NCBI GenBank assembly: GCA_963755715.1
Contig: CAVWLW010000005.1
Coordinates: 1-62,861, forward strand
DNA length: 62,861 nucleotides
From: an uncultured delta proteobacterium
GTDB taxonomy: Bacteria > Desulfobacterota > Binatia > UBA9968
Direction: 5' to 3'
Within the stretch, counting starts at the first letter, position 1. Each line of letters begins with the position of its first letter. A program made the position numbers and the translations under genes. Shown one piece after another: positions 57,454 through 62,861 of the stretch. Below the pieces are notes generated by a model that searched no databases, was not told the DNA's origin, and was given only the letters and a program-made list of their open reading frames with translations.

Positions 57454-57479
57454 GATTTCTCCCTTTGGTCGAAATGACA
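57454..57479 (-). repeat. REP-like dispersed repeat (second copy)
   Basis: Reverse complement TGTCATTTCGACCAAAGGGAGAAATC; 24/26 identical to 53883-53908. Confidence 0.7.
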
Positions 57480-57552
57480 GAAGAGGGCTGTAAAATCGAG
57501 GTATCGGGAGAGATCTCAGTGTATCCTGTGAAGAGAACGAAGATATGATCGA

Positions 57553-60500
57553 TCAGTTCTTTGCCGGATCGTAGCCGAGTATCGGCGATAGCCAGCGCTC
57601 GACTTCCGAGACTTTCATGCCCTTGCGCACGGCGTAGGACTCGACTTGATCTTTGCCGATCGTGTTCACGGCGAAGTAGCGCGCCTCGGAATGGGCGAAG
57701 TAAAGACCACAGACCGCTGCTGCAGGATACATGGCGAAATTTTCCGTGAGTGTCATGCCGGTCGCTTCACCCACCTGGAGCAAATCGAAAATAATCGGCT
57801 TCTCCGTGTGATCGGGCTGGGCGGGATAACCCGGCGCCGGACGGATGCCGCGATATTTCTCCGCGATCAGATCTTCAACGCTGAGCTTCTCGTCCTTACC
57901 GTAGCTCCAGTCGGCGCGCGCGCGCTTGTGCAGGTATTCGGCGAAAGCTTCAGCCAATCGATCGGCGAGCGCCTTGGCCATAATCGAGTTGTATTGGTCG
58001 TTGTCCTTTTCGAAACGCCCGGCCAGCTCCTGGCAGCCGTGGCCCGTCGTAACGGCAAACGCGCCGATATAATCGACCCGGCCGCTCTCACGCGGCGCGA
58101 TATAGTCGGCGAGCGCCAATTGCGGCTTGCTACTCTGATTTGGCTTTTGCTGGCGCAGCGTGTGCAAACGCGCCAGCGTTTTCGTGCGCGTCACATCGCC
58201 GTAAACGATGATATCGTCGTTGTCGCTGTTCGCCGGAAAAAAACCGTAGACGCCATGAGCGGTGAATAATTTCTTGTCAACGATCTCTTTGAGAAGTTCC
58301 TGCGCGTTGGCGAACAACTCGCGGGCAGCCGGTCCGCGGGTCGGATCGCTTAGTAGATCTGGATAGCGCCCGCGGATTTCCCACGTGTGAAAAAACGGTG
58401 ACCAGTCGATAAACGGCACCAACTCATGCAACGGAAACTCTTTCAACACCCGCCGTCCGGTAAACTCCGGTGCCGCGATAGGATGGTCGTCCCACTCGGT
58501 GTGTAGTTTGCGCCGCGCCGCTTCCTCATAGCTCAGTAACTGGGTGCTGACCCGGTTCTCGAATTGCTCGCGAATCTCCTCCTGATCTTTACGGTTTTGT
58601 AAATCCAGCGCCTTGCGTGTGTCGGGCTTCATCAAGGCGCCGACGACGGGTACGGCGCGTGAAGCATCGATTACGTGAATCGTTTCGTGCTTGTACGACG
58701 GCGCGATCTTGACCGCCGTGTGACGTTTGCTCGTCGTCGCGCCGCCGATGAGCAGCGGGACATTCAAACCGCGCCGGGTCATCTCGGTGGCGACATGGGT
58801 CATCTCGTCGAGCGACGGCGTGATGAGACCGCTCAAACCGATGATGTCTGCTTTCTCTTCGATCGCCGTATCGATGATTTTGTCCGCCGGCACCATGACG
58901 CCGAGATCGATCACGTCGTAATTATTGCAGCTCAACACCACGCCGACGATATTTTTGCCGATGTCGTGCACGTCGCCTTTAACCGTGGCGAAAACCAACT
59001 TGGTCCGCCTATCGACGTTCTGCGCCGCCTTTTTTTCCGCCTCGAGAAACGGCGTCAGAAAAGCTACGGCTTTTTTCATCACGCGCGCGCTCTTGACCAC
59101 TTGCGGCAAAAACATCTTGCCCGAACCGAAGAGGTCGCCGACAACGTTCATGCCGTCCATTAGCGGCCCTTCGATCACGGATAGCGGCTTACCATACTTG
59201 ACCCGCGCCTCCTCGACGTCTTGATCGATAAAATCCGTGAGACCCTTGACAAGCGCGTGGGACAAACGCTCTTCGACCGTACCGTCGCGCCAGCTGTCGT
59301 CCTTGGCGACGGTTTTGTCGGTTTTCTTGACCGTTTCGGCAAACGTGACCAGCCGTTCCGTCGCATCGGGACGACGATTGAGCAGCACGTCCTCCACGAG
59401 CTCGAGCAAGTCTTTGGGAATCTCTTCATAGACCGCGAGCATGCCGGGATTGACGATGCCCATGTCCATGCCGGCTTTGATGGCATGATACAAAAAGGCC
59501 GAATGCATCGCTTCACGCACCGGATTGTTACCGCGAAATGAGAATGAAATGTTGCTGACGCCGCCGCTCACTTTAGCTAACGGCAGGTTCTGCTTGATCC
59601 AGCGCGTCGCTTCGATGAAATTGACCGCGTAGTTGTTGTGCTCTTCGATGCCCGTGCCGACGGTGAGAATGTTCGGATCGAAAATAATTTCCTGAGGCGG
59701 AAAGCCGATGTGCTCCGTCAAAATCTTGTACGCTCGCGCGCACACCTCGATTTTTCGCTCGAGCGTGTCGGCCTGGCCCCGTTCATCGAAGGCCATCACG
59801 ACCACCGCCGCGCCGTAACGGCGAATCAACTTGCCCTGCGCGATGAATTTCTCTTCACCTTCCTTGAGACTGATCGAGTTGACGATGCCCTTGCCTTGCA
59901 CGCATCTGAGTCCCGCTTCGATCACTTCCCACTTCGAGCTGTCGACCATCACCGGCACGCGCGCGATATCCGATTCACCGGCAATCAAACGGAGAAATTT
60001 CTCCATCGCCGCTTTGGAATCGAGCATGCCCTCGTCCATGTTGACGTCGATGATCTGCGCGCCGCCTTCGACCTGCTGGCGCGCCACGCTCACGGCTTTT
60101 TCAAAATCTCCCGCGAGCACGAGCTTGGCAAACACCGGTGATCCAGTGACGTTGGTGCGCTCGCCGATATTGACGAAGTTCGACTCGGGTCGGACCGTGA
60201 CGCTTTCCAAACCGCTCAAACGCATGTACGGTTCGACGCTCGGAAGAACACGCGGTTGTTTATCTTTCACCGCCTCGGCAATCGCCTTGATGTGCGCCGG
60301 CGTCGTACCGCAGCAGCCGCCGACAATATTGAGCCAACCGTTTTCCACCCACTCGGTTAATTGCGGCGCAAGAGATTCAGGCGTCTCAGGAAAGCCAGTC
60401 GGCAATAGTGGATCGGGCAGACCGGCGTTAGGATAGCTACTCACATAAATCGGCGCGATGCTCGCAAGCTCCTCGATCAGCGAGCGCATTTCCTTGGGTC

Positions 60501-61251
60501 CGAGCGCGCAATTCATGCCGACGCTCAACAGCGGCACGTGGGAAATGGAATTCCAGAACGCTTCGACGGTTTGTCCCGTCACGCCGCGATTGCTGCCCGG
60601 CTGAATGAACGTGACCGAAGCCATGAGTGGGACATGAATTTTCCGCTCGTCAAAGAGTTTGGCGATGGCGAAGAAGGCGGCTTTGGAGTTGAGCGTGTCG
60701 AAAATCGTTTCGACCAAAAGCAGATCCGCGCCGCCGTCGATCAGGCCGCGCGCTTGTTCGTAATAGGCATCGACCAGCTCTTCATACGTGACCCCGCGCG
60801 TCGCCGCGCTGTGCACGTCGGTGGAGATCGAACAAGTCCGATTGGTCGGCCCCATCGCCCCGGCGACAAAGCGCGGCCGCGTAGGATCTTTAGCCAGGAC
60901 CCGGTCCACCGCTTTTTTCGCCGCCCGCGCCCCGGCAAAGTTCAAATCGTAAACCATCGACTCTAGGTGGTAGTCAGCCATGGAGACCGAAGTCGAATTG
61001 AAAGTGTTCGTTTCGATAATATCCGCGCCGGCTTCGAGATATTGAACGTGAATATCAGCGACCAAATCGGGCTGCGTAATACAAAGCACGTCGTTGCAGC
61101 CCTTCAGATCGCGACCGTGATGCGCAAATTGCCCGCCACGAAACGCCTGCTCGTCGAGCTTGTACGACTGAATCATCGTGCCCATCGCGCCGTCAAGAAT
61201 CGCGACCCGCTCAGCTAAAATTTTTCGCAGTTGTTTTTCGCTCTCGGTCAT
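57553..61251 (-). CDS. metH: Cobalamin-dependent methionine synthase
   Basis: [34 protein letters not shown] (B12 motif), RPAPGYP. Confidence 0.99.
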   Translation of the reverse strand: MTESEKQLRKILAERVAILDGAMGTMIQSYKLDEQAFRGGQFAHHGRDLKGCNDVLCITQPDLVADIHVQYLEAGADIIETNTFNSTSVSMADYHLESMVYDLNFAGARAAKKAVDRVLAKDPTRPRFVAGAMGPTNRTCSISTDVHSAATRGVTYEELVDAYYEQARGLIDGGADLLLVETIFDTLNSKAAFFAIAKLFDERKIHVPLMASVTFIQPGSNRGVTGQTVEAFWNSISHVPLLSVGMNCALGPKEMRSLIEELASIAPIYVSSYPNAGLPDPLLPTGFPETPESLAPQLTEWVENGWLNIVGGCCGTTPAHIKAIAEAVKDKQPRVLPSVEPYMRLSGLESVTVRPESNFVNIGERTNVTGSPVFAKLVLAGDFEKAVSVARQQVEGGAQIIDVNMDEGMLDSKAAMEKFLRLIAGESDIARVPVMVDSSKWEVIEAGLRCVQGKGIVNSISLKEGEEKFIAQGKLIRRYGAAVVVMAFDERGQADTLERKIEVCARAYKILTEHIGFPPQEIIFDPNILTVGTGIEEHNNYAVNFIEATRWIKQNLPLAKVSGGVSNISFSFRGNNPVREAMHSAFLYHAIKAGMDMGIVNPGMLAVYEEIPKDLLELVEDVLLNRRPDATERLVTFAETVKKTDKTVAKDDSWRDGTVEERLSHALVKGLTDFIDQDVEEARVKYGKPLSVIEGPLMDGMNVVGDLFGSGKMFLPQVVKSARVMKKAVAFLTPFLEAEKKAAQNVDRRTKLVFATVKGDVHDIGKNIVGVVLSCNNYDVIDLGVMVPADKIIDTAIEEKADIIGLSGLITPSLDEMTHVATEMTRRGLNVPLLIGGATTSKRHTAVKIAPSYKHETIHVIDASRAVPVVGALMKPDTRKALDLQNRKDQEEIREQFENRVSTQLLSYEEAARRKLHTEWDDHPIAAPEFTGRRVLKEFPLHELVPFIDWSPFFHTWEIRGRYPDLLSDPTRGPAARELFANAQELLKEIVDKKLFTAHGVYGFFPANSDNDDIIVYGDVTRTKTLARLHTLRQQKPNQSSKPQLALADYIAPRESGRVDYIGAFAVTTGHGCQELAGRFEKDNDQYNSIMAKALADRLAEAFAEYLHKRARADWSYGKDEKLSVEDLIAEKYRGIRPAPGYPAQPDHTEKPIIFDLLQVGEATGMTLTENFAMYPAAAVCGLYFAHSEARYFAVNTIGKDQVESYAVRKGMKVSEVERWLSPILGYDPAKN

Positions 61252-62237
61252 TGCCTGGCCTTTTTAGTTTTTAGCTTTGGCGTCGTCGGCAATGTAGCTC
61301 GCGTGACGAAGATTTCCACCGGGCGATTGCCGTTGCGGGCCAATTTTTCTCCGGCGAAGGAACCGGTCAAGTCGTAGTCGATGGATTCCGCCCCGGCATC
61401 GCGAAACCATCCTTCAATTGCCTGCCGATCGAAGCCGAGCCATTGGTGCGCCATCTGTTCGCGCATCCATTCCTGTTTATGTTGCACCAGATCGACCAAA
61501 ATCACCGAGCCGCCGGGACGAGTGATACGGCAAAGTCCCGCGATAGCACTCTGGGGGTTCGGGAGAAAATGCAGCACCATTACGCAAAACGCCGCGTCGA
61601 TGCTGGCGGGATCCAAAGGCAGTTTGAAAATATCGCCCTGGCGGAACTCGACGTTGTGGATCGCGCGTTCCTTAGCCACGGCACGCGCGCGGCGCAACAT
61701 TTCGTTGGATAGATCGACACCGATCACCTTTCGCGCAAACCGCGCCAGCTCGAACGTCAAACTCCCGGTGCCGCAACCGATATCGGCAACGGTCAGATTG
61801 GGCGGCAGCAGCTTCTCGATCGCCAGGGATGTGACGCGATCGTCGAAATAGCTCCTTCGAATATGCTCCCAGTCTCCTGCTACGGACTCGAAGTAGCTCT
61901 TCGAGCGCTGTAAGCGCCGGCGCCGGCACTCCGCCAAGCGCGTCTGATCTCGTTTGACTTCGGGAATCGCCGCTAACCGTGCCTGCAACGAGGTGAAAAG
62001 GTCGCGCGCGGCTTCCGGCATATCCTCGCGCGCAGAAAAATAAACGCTGGTGCCTTCCTTGCGATCCTGGACGAAGCCGGCCGCGCGGAGAATCGCGAGA
62101 TTCCGCGATACCGACGACTGCACCGATTCGACGACTTCCTGCACTTCCCCGACGGTCAGTTCCGCCTCGGAAACCGCCGCGAGAATGCGTAAACGGAGGG
62201 GGTCGGCCAACGCTTTCAGTGTACGAACAAACTCCAT
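61248..62237 (-). CDS. sahR: ArsR-family regulator fused to a SAM/SAH-binding methyltransferase domain (SahR-like)
   Basis: [12 protein letters not shown]...[13 protein letters not shown] (ArsR HTH) plus DIGCGTG; stop overlaps the metH start. Confidence 0.85.
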   Translation of the reverse strand: MEFVRTLKALADPLRLRILAAVSEAELTVGEVQEVVESVQSSVSRNLAILRAAGFVQDRKEGTSVYFSAREDMPEAARDLFTSLQARLAAIPEVKRDQTRLAECRRRRLQRSKSYFESVAGDWEHIRRSYFDDRVTSLAIEKLLPPNLTVADIGCGTGSLTFELARFARKVIGVDLSNEMLRRARAVAKERAIHNVEFRQGDIFKLPLDPASIDAAFCVMVLHFLPNPQSAIAGLCRITRPGGSVILVDLVQHKQEWMREQMAHQWLGFDRQAIEGWFRDAGAESIDYDLTGSFAGEKLARNGNRPVEIFVTRATLPTTPKLKTKKARQ

Positions 62238-62251
62238 AGTTGATTTCAATC

Positions 62252-62279
62252 ATTATATTTAAATATTGTGATAAAGCAA
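62252..62279 (-). promoter_or_regulatory. Sigma70 promoter of sahR-metH with a possible operator in the spacer
   Basis: Minus strand TTGCTT-N16-TATAAT; AT-rich imperfect dyad TTATCACAATATTTAAATAT across the spacer. Confidence 0.6.
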
Positions 62280-62338
62280 GCTGGAGGGTTTAGATGATTA
62301 GCCAAACAACCATTTAGCGGAGAATTAATGAAAATGAG

Positions 62339-62861
62339 TCAAGCGAGTTTTTCTGCGAAGATACCGACGCGAAACGACGGCTCAGCACCGTCGGCAAATT
62401 TTCCTTCGCGATAGCAAAGTACGCGAAAGTCGCGAAAATGGTTCAGCAGTTCGTTACGGGTGAGCAAGTAATCCGGGTTTTTCGGATGGCCAATGATTTG
62501 TTGATCGATCAAGTAGGTTTCAAAAACGATATAGCCGCCGGGCGCCAGCGCGGATTTCATATGCGGAATGAGCGAGCGCTGGAGATAGTTGATATTTACG
62601 ATCAACTCATAGGGTCCCGGCGGCAGCCGGCAATGCTCCAGGTCTGCCTGCTGCCAAGAGATCGAGAGCGCACGCTCCGCAGCCCGCCGCGCCCCTTGGT
62701 CCAATCCGACTTGGGAAATATCGACGGCCGTAACGGCGAATCCTTTTGCCGCGAGAAACAAGGCGTTGCGTCCCGCGCCGCTGGCGATATCCAGTGCTCG
62801 CCCCGGCGCTATGTCCCAATGACCCTCGTCCAAGATTTGCTTAAGAAAAGTGGAAGGCTTT
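62339..62861 (-). CDS. Class I SAM methyltransferase (TehB-like), 5' end outside the window
   Basis: GRALDIASGAGRNALFLA..GF.VTAVDIS, NYLQR, L.PGG. Confidence 0.88.
   Translation of the reverse strand, partial: KPSTFLKQILDEGHWDIAPGRALDIASGAGRNALFLAAKGFAVTAVDISQVGLDQGARRAAERALSISWQQADLEHCRLPPGPYELIVNINYLQRSLIPHMKSALAPGGYIVFETYLIDQQIIGHPKNPDYLLTRNELLNHFRDFRVLCYREGKFADGAEPSFRVGIFAEKLA

Noticed and set aside
8606-61851. Long overlapping or antisense ORFs (e.g. 8606..9619, 15493..16464, 22901..24556, 39630..40745, the first part of 42180..43085, and those within metH)
   Set aside because: Shadow ORFs expected in GC-rich coding DNA; they overlap well-supported genes and show no motifs.
62238-62338. 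SAM/SAH/cobalamin riboswitch upstream of sahR-metH
   Set aside because: The predicted promoter is too close to the start codon to leave room, and no aptamer motif is seen.

Overview
Bacterial chromosomal window with high GC content. The many NMT1/SsuA-type solute-binding proteins, LLM oxidoreductases and sahR-metH suggest a Deltaproteobacteria-like lineage, possibly Ca. Binatia (inference). Positions 1-5.43 kb are an accessory region at the 3' end of a tRNA-Asn(GTT). It contains five small toxin-antitoxin modules (RelE/Phd, two Gp49-RelE/HTH, MNT/HEPN, DUF4258 remnant/YgiT-type zinc finger), a four-helix-bundle (Avd-like) gene and several gene fragments. These are separated, about one module per interval, by five co-oriented copies of a ~42-bp motif built on a 32-bp palindrome, accompanied by 6-mer/7-mer simple-repeat tracts. 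The region ends in a large-serine-recombinase C-terminal remnant that reads into the tRNA. This cassette-like array, which has no visible attC sites, is the most unusual thing in the window. The remaining ~57 kb is mostly core or metabolic: a transglutaminase-ABC-esterase operon, htpX, a heterodimeric ABC exporter, typA, AsmA-like protein, KimA-like transporter, tatA, degP-like protease, mgtE, purN/purM, a NitT/TauT ABC system, a plant-type D-amino-acid transaminase homologue, a CarD-like protein, glutathione peroxidase, metH and sahR. About nine single-base frameshifts in conserved genes look like long-read sequencing errors rather than pseudogenes. All family assignments come from motif recognition by eye; no database search was run.
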